Below are positions 10,996 through 21,972 of a DNA stretch of 39,578 nucleotides, piece by piece (position 1 is the first letter of the stretch; the number at the start of each line of letters is the position of its first letter). Position numbers and translations under genes: made by a program. Location: assembly GCA_054600435.1 (NCBI GenBank), contig BAAIJX010000007.1, positions 682,001-721,578 on the forward strand, in the 5' to 3' direction. Source of the DNA: Neophaeotheca triangularis (Eukaryota). The notes beneath the pieces were generated by a model. The model made no database searches. It was given only the letters and a program-made list of their open reading frames with translations, and was not told the origin of the DNA.

Positions 10996-11919
10996 ATGGC
11001 CCTCGCCCCCCTCCCGACGCCCTCAATCCCGACGCCCCTCCTCCTCCTCCTCGAATCCCCCGGCCCCAACTTCGCCGCCCTAAACAGCGCCCTCCGAAAC
11101 CCGGACCTCGCGCCCCTAACCCTGGAAGAAGCTCTCAAACACGCCCTCAACCTGCTAACGCTAACCATGGGCGACGGGTACGATTTCGAGCGCCACCCGG
11201 CGGCGGCGTTGGAATTGGAACTGGCGTTTCCGGGGTTGATGGAGGGGGTTGTGGAGTTTATGGAAGAGTTGCAGGGTAAGGATCTGGTGCCGGAGAGGTT
11301 GGGGGTTGAGGGGGAGGGGGGGCGGTGGCGGGCGGGCAGGGGGAGAGGGGGTTGGGTTTGTGGGATGAGTGGGCCGCAGAGGGTTGCTGAGGTTAGGGTT
11401 GCGGTTGTTAGGGCTGTGAGGTTTCGGGAGAGGTTGAGGAGGGGGCTTGCTGGGGAGAGGGAGCGGAGGGGCAGGGAGTTGCGGCGGGAGAGGGCGGGGG
11501 TTGCGCTGGCTGTGGAGGAGTTGGGGGGTTGGCTTGGGAGGGCTGTGTGGGAGGAGAAGAGGAGGGGGGTGGAGGAGAGGGTTCGGAGGGCGCTTTTGGA
11601 GAGGGAGGAGGGAGAGAGAAAACGGGGGATGGCGGGTGGGGGCGAGGGGTCTGGGGTGGAGGAGGTGGGGGATGGACATGCGGCGGCTGTTGTGAAGAAG
11701 GGAGAGGAGTCGAAAGGGCGGTTGGTGGAGGATGGTCAGGGTTGTGCGCAATGTGAGTTGGAGAACAAAGAGGGCGGGATCAGGAGCGGGCATGTCTGCG
11801 AGCACGGCAAGGAGGAGGGTAATATGAAGATTCTGGCCATCAAGTTGAAGCTGAGAGAAAAAGAGCAGGAATTGGCTGCTATTGAGAAGAGGATGGAGGA
11901 GGGGGGGTTTGAGCTTTGA
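10996..11919 (+). CDS. Hypothetical 307-aa protein (Glu/Arg/Gly-rich, C-terminal coiled coil, CxxC...HxCxH motif)
   Basis: ATG in good context (ACCATGG) after a C/A-rich leader. Protein-like helical segments, and the same 5' C-rich to 3' G-rich coding skew as neighbouring real genes. No family recognised. Confidence 0.6.
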   Translation: MALAPLPTPSIPTPLLLLLESPGPNFAALNSALRNPDLAPLTLEEALKHALNLLTLTMGDGYDFERHPAAALELELAFPGLMEGVVEFMEELQGKDLVPERLGVEGEGGRWRAGRGRGGWVCGMSGPQRVAEVRVAVVRAVRFRERLRRGLAGERERRGRELRRERAGVALAVEELGGWLGRAVWEEKRRGVEERVRRALLEREEGERKRGMAGGGEGSGVEEVGDGHAAAVVKKGEESKGRLVEDGQGCAQCELENKEGGIRSGHVCEHGKEEGNMKILAIKLKLREKEQELAAIEKRMEEGGFEL

Positions 11920-13064
11920 AGGTGGGACTACCTTGGACAAGGACGATTGGGCCACCGCCGCTCGAACAGTTCTACTATGCGTTTGCTGTCGCTTCAGACT
12001 AGGACCGCCTCAAGCAAGGAAGACTGGACCATGGCCGTTGTGATCTCGCAGGGCCCTGCCATGCCTTTGCTGTCGGCTTAGGCTTCAACTGGCTAGCCTG
12101 GATTCCTCCATAATCTCTACCTACCTTTGGCACGGCCGGTCGCAATACCCACAACGTCGAAGACCTCCGCAACGCGTCTGCTGCCCTTCGACACGCAAAA
12201 TTGCCGGGCTCGAGTTCGATCGCTAGTCCTTTGAAGGCAATGAGGGTTTGGGGTTCTCTCCTTCTCGCGTGGCTCTGGGACCAAATCACCAGCTCTTGGG
12301 TCGTTGGGCGACGCTTTCGGACTCCCGCTCATTGCGGAACTCGCTTCCGTAGCTTTAGTCACTGCTCAATGTTCTTTTCTTTCCTCTACTCTCTCTCTCT
12401 CTCCTTTAGTAGGTAGGATCTGTGCTCATTTCTCGGTTGATAAGGGTTAGTTTAATTATTCCTCGCGCCGTCAATCTTCCACTCGACGCTACCAGGCCAT
12501 CAAGTCATTTATTCTCCTGTACTGGCACCTGTCGGGATTCGGGAGCAAGGAACGCGGCTTCCCTTTTCCATGAGGTCGCAAGTCACGTTCCCGGACCTTT
12601 TGTTTTTTGCTTTTTTACAGCTCGAGCCCGCTCCAAATCCAGTCTCGCAGGTGGTGAATGGAATTTCTTGAAAGAAAAGCGTGCCTCACAGACCTCTCTT
12701 GCACATTTTGGCGAAGAGTGACTGTCGCGAAGAAAGGTGGAAGTGGTTGGTTATTCTTCCCTTCCGTCTCCAGATGCGATAACGGCCGGGAAGAAGAGAG
12801 TCGGAAGAAGACGGGCCGGCGATGTGTATGTACCTTTTTTTTTTAAGAGGCAGAGGTGGTAAGGTAAGGTAGGTAGGTGCTGTAGGGACGGTAGCAGCCC
12901 GGTATTACCGAAGGACGCTACCCGATGACACTGCCTAGGTATGTACTAGGTAGTACTCCTGACTGGCTTTGACGCTTTTACCGAGTCTTCCTCGCCGTCG
13001 TCGGCCGAAATGATAATAATGACATTGCGTCGTGGAGCAGGCAGCCAGGAGAGTTGGGCGCGCA

Positions 13065-13076
13065 CGGAGTGACGGA
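13065..13076 (+). promoter_or_regulatory. Candidate carbon-source-responsive element (Cat8/FacB-type) upstream of malate synthase
   Basis: CGGAGTGACGGA fits the CSRE consensus CGGNBNVMHGGA, ~870 bp upstream of the ATG of a glyoxylate-cycle gene. The motif is short, so a chance match is possible. Confidence 0.35.
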
Positions 13077-13388
13077 GAGTACGGTACCTAGTAGTGAGCT
13101 CGTTGAAAGCAGTACCTAGTGGGCTCGTTCCCTTCTTATACATCGCTCATTGGACGAGCGGTTGCTGCGGGTATGGCGGTCGTCCGGAAGAGGTAAGAGG
13201 CAACGAGTGTGTTATCGAGGATACCTTAGTACTACTAGTATGTAGTAGATGATGGTGCATGTTTCGGTAGGAAGTCTACCAACTCGTTTTTGATAGACCT
13301 GGTGTATGTACTACTGGAGTTCTCTCCTACCTTTTAGTTATATCCTTGTATTATGATTGTTATTGTTATTTCTATGAGCGTCGAACTA

Positions 13389-13476
13389 CCTCGGTACATA
13401 AAGCGACGACTGACTGTAAACAAAGGCCGACGGTGACTAGGTCAGATCAACTTGGCATCAATGTCCCATTTCACAG

Positions 13477-13516
<40 letters not shown>

Positions 13517-13715
13517 GATTTGTACCGCATACTAGATAGCAGATGACTAGATAAGTTACCTACCTTAGGACTACTACTAGTACTGCTATGACTATCGGGA
13601 GAGCCTCCCCACAAAACTTCTCCGCCCGCACGATTGACATCCGATCCGCTCAGCAAGCTCCGTTCTCTCTCTCTCACTCACTCTCCCCCCTCCAGCCAGC
13701 TCCATTGCACCTCGG
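13389..13715 (+). promoter_or_regulatory. Two CCTCGG motifs (FarA/FarB/Ctf1-type fatty-acid response) at 13389-13394 and 13710-13715
   Basis: CCTCGG is the established FarA/B site in promoters of peroxisomal and glyoxylate genes in filamentous ascomycetes. Both copies lie within 560 bp of the malate synthase ATG. Confidence 0.5.
13478..13516. repeat. (ATT)13 microsatellite
   Basis: Perfect trinucleotide run read directly. Confidence 0.97.
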
Positions 13716-13792
13716 GAAAGTGGAAGAGGACCATCACTACTGCTAGGTACACCAACACACTGTAGCTCGGCCTAAAGCTTTGTGACGTCGAC

Positions 13793-13805
13793 TATAAGTA
13801 TATAA
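13793..13805 (+). promoter_or_regulatory. TATA-like element of malate synthase
   Basis: TATAAGTATATAA ~140-150 bp upstream of the ATG, followed by a CT-rich then CAA-rich leader. Confidence 0.55.
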
Positions 13806-13945
13806 CTAACTTCCATCTTCCCAATACCTACACCTTGTCATCATCAATCACTCTTTCCTCCCGATTCCCCTCCCTCCCCTCTATCAATAACAAGAACACT
13901 GCTAATAACCCCACCACCAATAACAACAACAACAACATCATCGTC

Positions 13946-15796
13946 ATGCCTCCCGCAGACCCCCAAACCATCCTCAAGGACGTCAACGTCCACGGTCCTC
14001 TCAACGACCAAACCCGTAAGATCCTGAGCAAGGATGTCACCGTCTTCCTCGCCATCCTGCACCGCGCCTTCAATGGCACCCGCAAGGCCCTCCTCCAACG
14101 CCGCATGATCCGCCAGCAAGAGCTTGACAAGGGCAACCTTCCCGACTTCCTCCCCGAGACCAAGCACATTCGTGAAAACGATGCCTGGAGGGGCGCTCCC
14201 CCGGCTCCCGGTATGGTGGACAGGAGGACCGAGATTACCGGTCCTACCGACAGGAAGATGGTTGTCAATGCCTTGAACTCGGACGTCTGGACATATATGG
14301 CCGACTTTGAGGGTAGGACAATTTCCCACCACAGCCATCCCTTCTCCATCCAACCTATGCTGATTGACTTGCCCCGGCAGACTCCACCGCCCCGACGTGG
14401 GATAACATGATCAACGGTCAGCTCAACCTCTACGATGCCATCCGCAGGCAAGTCGACTTCAAGCAAGGCGAAAAGGAATACAAGCTGCGCACAGACCGAA
14501 CCCTGCCCACTCTCATCAACCGTCCTCGTGGCTGGCACTTGGAGGAGAAGCACTTCACCGTCGATGGCGAGCCCATTTCCGGTTCGCTCTTCGATTTCGG
14601 TGTCTACTTCTTCAACAACGCCGAGGAGCTGGTCAAGAGGGGATACGGCCCGTACTTTTACCTGCCCAAGATGGAGAGCCACCTCGAGGCCAGGCTGTGG
14701 AATGATGTCTTCAACCTCGCCCAAGACTACATTGGCATGCGCAGGGGTACTTGCAGAGGTACCGTGCTCATTGAAACCATCATGGCTGCCTTTGAGATGG
14801 ATGAGGTATGATTGGCGTCATTCGTCTTTACAGATCAAACAACCGACTAATCTTCCTCTTCAGATCATTTACGAACTGCGCGACCATTCGTCCGGCCTCA
14901 ACTGCGGTCGCTGGGACTACATCTTCAGCGTCATCAAGCGCTTCCGCCAAAACTCCAGCTTCGTCCTCCCGGATCGCTCGGCCGTAACAATGACCGTCCC
15001 ATTCATGGACGCTTACGTCAAGCTGCTAATCAAAACCTGCCACCGTCGTGGTGTCCACGCCATGGGCGGCATGGCAGCACAAATTCCCATCAAAGACGAC
15101 AAAGAAGCTAACGACAAAGCCATGGACAATGTGCGCGCTGACAAACTCCGCGAAGTCCGCGCCGGCCATGACGGAACCTGGGTCGCGCACCCGGCCCTCG
15201 CCGTCATCGCCGCCGAGGTCTTCAACACGCACATGCCCACTCCCAATCAACTGCACGTTCGTCGCGAAGACGTGCAAATCTCCGGCAACGACCTCCTCAA
15301 CATGAACGTGCCCGGCAAAATCACCGAAGACGGCATCCGCAAGAACCTAAACATTGGGCTCGGATACATGGAAGGCTGGCTCCGTGGTGTCGGCTGCGTG
15401 CCCATCAACTACTTGATGGAAGATGCCGCTACGGCCGAAGTCTCGCGCTCCCAGCTGTGGCAGTGGGCCAAACACGGTTCCGTCACTGCCGAGGGCAAGA
15501 AGGTCGATAAGCAGTACTGTCTCCGATTGCTGCAAGAGCAGACGCAAGAGTTGGAGAAGAGCGCGCCCAAGGGTAACAAGTATCAACTCGCTGCCAAGTA
15601 TTTCGCTAGCCAGGTTACTGGTGAGGAGTATGCCGAGTTTTTGACTTCGTGAGTTTACCCCTTTCCCCCGCCCCCCTTTGCCCGGGTTTTGGAAATGTGG
15701 TTTGGTTTTGCTTGACTAGTTGGCTGACTATTTTACAGTTTGCTTTACAACGAGATTACGCAGACGAGTGAGAAGACTCCCGCTGCGAAGCTTTAG
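13946..15796 (+). CDS. MLS1: Malate synthase (glyoxylate cycle), 544 aa, PTS1 -AKL; exons 13946-14312, 14381-14805, 14864-15648, 15739-15796
   Basis: Motifs [62 protein letters not shown] and [18 protein letters not shown]. Three GT-AG introns preserve the frame (1635 nt). Ends PAAKL*. Orthologue of A. nidulans acuE. Confidence 0.98.
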
Positions 15797-16232
15797 GGGT
15801 TGAAGTCTTGACTTCGGACGGCAAATGGAAAATGGGAAAAATGAGAAAATGTCGTGGGTGGTGAAAGTTCTCTTTTTTTCTTCTTCCTTTTCTTCCTTGG
15901 AGTTGAACCGAGTCTTGAATTGAATGGAATACCAGATTTTTTGATTGAATTGTTTAGCTCTGCGTGTGTGCGTGCTATCCTGCGTTTTGTACGATAATTC
16001 CTTACCTGTATACGCCGAGGGGGGGAAAAAGAAACTATTTTTGAAGTTCTCGTTTCATTGAAGTCCATTGCAGAAAGATCGGGGGCCGTGTTTGTCAAAC
16101 TTGCTTTTCTCCCTTGAGGTTGTTTTGTCGTTTTCGAGTCGAAACTTTTGTCGTGGTCGTCGTCGCCGCTGTCTTCGTCCTTTTTTTCTCCTTTTTTTCT
16201 TTTTAATAGGAAAACCCCCATTCGACAGAGAT

Positions 16233-16560
16233 CTATCTACCTACCTACCTACCTGCCTGCCTATCTACCTGCCTGCCTGCCTGCCTGCCTGCCTACCTGC
16301 CTACCTACCTATCTACCTGCTTACCTACCTGCTTACCTACTACCTATCTGCCTACCTATATCTACCTAACTACCTACCTACCTACCTACCTACCCACCTA
16401 CCTGCTTACCTACCTGCTTACCTACTACCTATCTGCCTACCTATATCTACCTACCTACCTACCTAAATGCCTACCTACCTACCTATCTACCTGCTTACCT
16501 ACCTACCTATCTGCCTACCTACCTATCTGCCTATCTACCTATCTACCTACCTACCTACTT
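16233..16560. repeat. Compound (CTAC/CTGC/CTAT)n tetranucleotide tract with an internal 53-bp exact duplication (16316-16368, 16401-16453)
   Basis: Read directly. It accounts for the spurious LPTY/LPAY ORFs. Confidence 0.95.
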
Positions 16561-16718
16561 ACAACCCAAACAGAGCGACAACAAAAAAGCGAGAGAGCGT
16601 TTGTACCCACCTACTTACAACCCAAACAGAGCGACAACAAAACAGCCTAGAAAGCGAAATGCGAAATGCGAAATGCGAAATGCGAAAAGCGAAAAGGAAA
16701 AAGAAAAGCGAAAAAGCG
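16553..16718. repeat. 34-bp direct repeat (16553-16586, 16609-16642) followed by a (GCGAAAT)4 array with a degenerate tail
   Basis: ACCTACTTACAACCCAAACAGAGCGACAACAAAA occurs twice. GCGAAAT units start at 16654. Confidence 0.9.
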
Positions 16719-17275
16719 CGGTTTCGATTTCTTCCGAACCTACTCACTCACTCCCTCACTCGGCCGCCTCCCTCCCTCTCCAGCTCTCAACCTTGGAATC
16801 CTCTCAACCACTTGGCCGGCCTCTTCTCGTGTCTTCGGATTGGGGTGTCGAGTGTGTTTCCTTTTTTTTTTTGCTTGGGATTGGTTGGTTTGGTCGCCTG
16901 CACTTATCTACCAGGTCTTCAACAAGAATCTAAGCGTCTATTATATACCCAAGTGAGCCTCTTGCCGACTCTTCACTATCTCTCCTAACTCCTGCTCAAT
17001 AGACGGACGGACGGACGGACGGACACGGAGGTTTTGGGGGCGAAAAATCTCGCTCGCGCTTGGAGTTTGTGGAGGAGGGTGGGATAAAGTACTCGCTTGC
17101 TCGCTTGTGATTGGTTTTTGTTGGAGGTCGAGGAGAGGAAAGAAAATTTTTGGGTCATGGGGGTGGAATGCGTGAAATAGGGGCTTGTTTTGCTTTTTTA
17201 TTTTCACTTTCTCTTTCTCTTTCTCTTTCTCGTTCTTTGAGGGAGAGAGAGAGAGAGAGAAAGAGAGAGAGTATC

Positions 17276-17560
17276 GAATGCCTTTTTGGTCGGTATCGTC
17301 GTTTATCTAACCCTCCTTGTTCCCTCTCATCTGATGGGAGGAAGCCTTGGATTTTATTTTATTTCCTTCTCTCTTTTTTTCTCCTTCTCTTTTTTCCTTC
17401 TTTTTTTCGGTTTTTCCCCCCCCCTAAAGAGAGGGAGAGCGATTATCGTAAAGAATACCTCTTTCATTGGCATCGTCGTTTATCTAACTCTCCTTGCTCT
17501 CTTTCATCTGATGAGACGAAGCCTCGGAGGGGTTTTCTTTTTCTTTTTCTTTTTCTTTTC

Positions 17561-17639
<79 letters not shown>

Positions 17640-17725
17640 AATAGAATGGAATACCTCATTAGTTGGCATCGTCATTTATCTAACCCACCTCATCCTCTTT
17701 CTCCCAATGAGACAAGAGTCCCGGA
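17276..17725. repeat. Three diverged ~76-bp direct repeats (17276-17351, 17453-17528, 17649-17725) separated by T/C-rich then GA-rich spacers
   Basis: Shared core GAATRCCT...GGYATCGTCRTTTATCTAACYC...ATGRGA...YGGA, aligned by eye. Confidence 0.88.
17567..17636. repeat. (AG)35 microsatellite
   Basis: Perfect dinucleotide run read directly. Confidence 0.97.
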
Positions 17726-17874
17726 CTTTCGAATTGTCTAGATACCCTTGCTTTCCTTACGATCAGTACCAACAGCTCTGATATGTAGTGTGGCACTCTA
17801 CCGATACCGCTACCTTTACTACTTCTAAGCAACCCCCCCCTTTTCCCCCAAAACGGCTGCTAGTCTAGCCTATC

Positions 17875-20800
17875 CTACCCACCCCTCCTCGTACTCATAT
17901 ACATCTCCAAAGCACTCCCATTCGAACTCTCAGCCCGATGCCGGCTCAGAAAACTCGCCTCGCTGCGTCTAGCGATGCGGCTTTCCCAAGCACTGCTACC
18001 GCTGCCACCGCTGCCACCGCTGCCACTACTTCCTCCACTGCCACTGCCACTACCACTCCCGACCCCCACATCACCACCACCACCACCAACCCCCCGACTC
18101 TCCCCCAACCCCTGCACCAACATCCCCCCAGTCCCGGTCCCGGTAGTCGCCGTACGACTAGTGGCCATATGACTTGCAAGAGTGGGCGAACTGGTTGGCG
18201 AAAGAGGCGCGTTCATGCTGCCGTTGGTGCGGAGGACTGCCATGAGAGCGGCTTGCAGGAGGGCGTTTTGCTTTTCTAGCGCTTCGACGCGGGCGTCGAG
18301 GCGGCGGTGGTGTGGAGGGGGTTTGTGGATTGTGGGGGGCGGGTTGGTGGTGGTGGTGGTGGAGTTGTTGTTATTTTTGTTGGTGGAGTTATTGTTGTTG
18401 GTGGGGGGATTGGTGGTGTAATTGTTAGCGAGTTTCTGATTACCGCCGGCGGTGCTAAAGCGTTGGGCTTGCGAGCTGACGTGGTGGGGTTTTTTAGTCG
18501 GGGGGGAGGGTGCGCGAGGGGTGATTTCATAAGTTGGGGGGTTAGGGAGGGATTTCTTGGTATTGGACGTTGAGGCCGTGTTGGCGATGGTGGCGGTATT
18601 GGTTGTGGTGGATTGATTCGCGCCGTGGGCTTTTTCAGATCCCGAAGCTGGCGGGGTGGGCGGGAGAGCGCGGTTGGGAGGGGGCGAGGGTAGGGGTGGA
18701 GTGTCGTCTTTGACGTACTCTGGGGCGGGGCTGCCGGCGCGGGATGGAGGGGTTTTGGCTGCGTTGTGCCGGCTGCGACGGTTGAGTGCGTTGCGAGGAA
18801 TAGATGCCGAGCGGGGGCGTGGCGCGTAACTCTTGCCTTCTTTGAGGATGAGTTTGGCGGGTTTGGGGGTTAGGCGGGCTTTGGGGACGGGCACTTCTTC
18901 CGCGACGAGCATGACGGGGCTGAGTGTCATGTTTGAGCTTGCTGTGCGTTGGGATGCTGTCGCTGAAGTGGGTGTGTAGCCTGTTTTGTCACTGGTGTCG
19001 ATTTGGGCGACTTGGGAGGAGACGGATGATACTGGTGTTAGGGTGGATTCCGTCACTTTTTTGAAACTGGCGTTGCTCGATGCTGTTGATGAAGTGCGAG
19101 TTGCCAGGGGCGCAGGCTTGAGCTCAGGGATGGTGATTTGAGGTCGTATCTTGCGAAGACGTTGACGCGGAGCTGCCGCGGACGGAGTTGATTGTGTCTG
19201 CGGCGTCACGAGACCGTTCATGATGGTGTCGATTGTTCTCGGCACTGCAGGCTTATCTCGAATTTTACGTGCTTTGATGCGTTCCTCCCTCGCTTTCCTC
19301 GACATGGGGTTCACCGTGTGACGACTCAACCCGCTCTTGTCCTTCCCTCGAGACTTTGGTCGAGATAGGGGGCCGGTACATTCAGTAGTGACGGTAGGTT
19401 TGATCGGTTCAATCTCATTCGCGTACTCGTTGGCACCGAGGATACTAGGGGCAACCTTTGGCGTAGCCGATCTTCCAGAGTCATTGGTCACGAGAACGCT
19501 CTCGATGTTTCTGGGATCCCGTCGCAGTCTCAGAGGGCTACGCGGTGGTGGCGGCCCTGGGCTGTCGGAAACGCTTCGAGGGTAGAGAGTAGAAGCCATG
19601 CTGGAAGCCCGTTGCAACAAGACCGGATGGCTGGCAAAGCGTCTGGGTGAAGGATGCTTGATTTCTACTTCCTTCTCAGAACGATTATGCTTGACTGGAA
19701 ACTCTTCCTTGGGCAGCACCAGCTTGGCCCGTGGTGCGCCAACATTGGGTGCGACTTTTATTGGATGGCTGGAAAGCGCTCGTGTGGAGTCGAGAGATCT
19801 TTTGGCGGGAAATTCATTGAGCGAGTCGTAGTAGTCCGCAGCTTTAGAAATGGCAGAAACCGGCTCCGGCGTTGGGGGACTTGAGGCTGCTGGTCGCACA
19901 GGAGAGGAGCTGTGGTCTATGATTCGCACTGTTGTGTCGCACTTTCCCAATGGTTGACTGCAAGTACGGGGTGAAGTCGTATTGGGGATGCGTGAAGCTC
20001 GCTCTTTACTGTAATGCAAATTCCAGTCGTCCAAAGGATCGTTGGTGGAATTGGTATCATCTGGATAGGAAATGGACACTCGTGACTCGAGTATGTCGTG
20101 GCAATCGGCGGCGTGCTTCTTCTCAGGAATCGGCGACAAGTCGTTGCTACGAGAGGCCTTTTCGGCTTCGGCTTGTTTACGCAGTTCTTCATCGGTAGGA
20201 ACATTGAGTGCGAGATACGATTTGCCTAACACATTGTCAGTTGTCTTTCCAGCAGCAAGCTCTGGATTCACTCACCATGCGAAGTCGTCCTCTGCTTGAC
20301 ATGCGGATTAAGCAACATGCCCTCATCCCTGTAAAGCACATCATTCAAACTACCATCCAGAAAGAGTCAGCAAGATGCCTCGAAGAGAACCCAGCACCAC
20401 CAAACCTCAAAACGGAAAGAAAACCCACCGCTCATGAGCATCCTCCACCTCGGCCGGCATCCCATTGCCACCACCACTGCTGCCACTCCCCCTCTCCCCT
20501 CCACCCCCACCCAACCTCAAAAACCTCAACGCCTTCTTCGCCCCCTGTGCCCCATGCCCCGACGAAACCCCACCATTCCCACTAAGCAATTTGCTAGGCC
20601 TCCGATGCGGCGCACAAGGCCCAGTCGTACGCAGAAAATAGGCCAAATCGTGGCTGGCATTGCTACTAGGCAATTGCAGCAGACTCGTCTGGGTTAGCAT
20701 CTTGTCGCCGCAGCGGGTGGAGTAGGGGGCTTGGTTTGTGCAGTCGAAGTTCATGGAGAACGAATCACGTGAAGGGGGATCTTTGGCATCAGTGTCGTCG

Positions 20801-21153
20801 CTGTCGTTGTAACTTGTTGTAGTGGGAGGGAGGGGGAAGTCCGGGGTGGGCGAGGGGGTGGTGGTGATGTCGATGGTGTTGGAGCGGAGGATTGAGGTGT
20901 TTGGCCTGGTGGTAGAGGTGGTGTTGGAGTGGTTTTGACCCATGGTGTTGGCATTGTTCTCGTATTTTGTGTTGCTGGTTTCGAGAAACGGATGGGTGGT
21001 GAGAGGGTAGATGGGGGAGAGCGCGGTGCCGGCGGGTTTTCTGTTCATGCCGGCGGAGGCCGAGTGCGTTGGCCGGGTGCCAGTCGCAGGCTCAAAGGAC
21101 TTTGGTGTATGGTCCACGAAAACCGGGCGGCGCTGGGGCACGGCTGTTTGCAT
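17875..21153 (-). CDS. Hypothetical ~1042-aa Pro/Ser/Thr-rich protein with C-terminal coiled coil; exons 21153-20429, 20328-20276, 20225-17875
   Basis: The 248-aa and 798-aa ORFs join in frame through a 53-nt internal exon, with introns GTGGGT..CAG and GTGAGT..CTGAC..TAG (total 3129 nt). Short motifs SHDLAYFLRTTGP, PPPPRSPLR, PLPSPPPNRALPPTP and LDARVEALEKQNALLQAALMAVL. Confidence 0.8.
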
Positions 21154-21920
21154 TTGGGAGGGGGGTAAGGCGTGGCAGCGAGCGAGAAGAGAAGAGAGGA
21201 GAGAAGAGAAGAGAAGAGAAGAGAAGAGAAAGCGATTGGATGCGGTATGGCAGGTGTGCCCGACGTTGTGTACGTATCAAGCGTAGGTCACGAGAAGTAC
21301 AGCGGTAGCCAGCTCCGAGCTAGCACGAAAAGCCCAAGGAGGAAGAGGAGGGAAGGAGAAAGCAGAAAAAGTGGGAAAGGAGAAGAGAGGAAAGAAAAGG
21401 AAAGTGAAGGGAGGAAAAAGAAGTATTGGAAGAAGTGAAGTGGGAGAGTAGCAAGTCGTCCTGGCAATGTTTATCATGTAGACGACTCGACCAGAATTTT
21501 TTCCTTTACCACCCTTGAATTAGGAGGTGTATGGGCAAAGAGAGACGGGGCCATGGCTTTGTGCAGTAGTACATAACATGACCTACTGTAGCATCACAAT
21601 AGGGAGCAAGGAAGCGACGCAACTGGTGGGTCGTGGCACTGGCACTGGCACTGGCACTGGCAAGGTACTACTGAGTGAGGTACCGTTACCACTGCAGCCC
21701 TGGCAGCGCATCTGTACCACAGTCACCCGCAGAAAGTAAGCAAGGGGGCTATGCTATGGGAGCAAGGATGAGGTGGTGAGGAAGAAGACGAGTACAGTAC
21801 AGGTGCAGTTGGCGTAGCACAAGCACAACAGCTGCATCGCCCAATGCAAGCCGCAAACGTTGCGCAACTCGACTTTTCGGTCTCGTTTCATGTCGGAGCG
21901 ACGCAAGTTGGGCAACGCAA

Positions 21921-21972
21921 GTTGTTACTGTTACTGTTGTTACTGTTACTGTTACTGTTACTGTTACTGTTA
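21921..21972. repeat. (GTTACT)n hexanucleotide microsatellite; nearby (GGCACT)4 at ~21635-21660 and (GAGAA)n at ~21185-21230
   Basis: Read directly. Confidence 0.9.

Noticed and set aside
13835..13945. Asn-rich N-terminal extension of malate synthase in the ORF track
   Set aside because: Begins at TTG and covers a (CAA)n 5' leader. The ATG at 13946 gives the normal 544-aa length.
17508..17528. CTGATGAGACGAAG resembling a hammerhead ribozyme core in repeat unit 2
   Set aside because: It lacks GAAA and a stem II, and the CTGATGA is not kept in units 1 and 3.
16068..17741. ORFs with LPTY/LPAY, RERE and repeated GIVVYLTLL peptides
   Set aside because: Translations of microsatellites and of the 76-bp DNA repeat, mostly with non-ATG starts.
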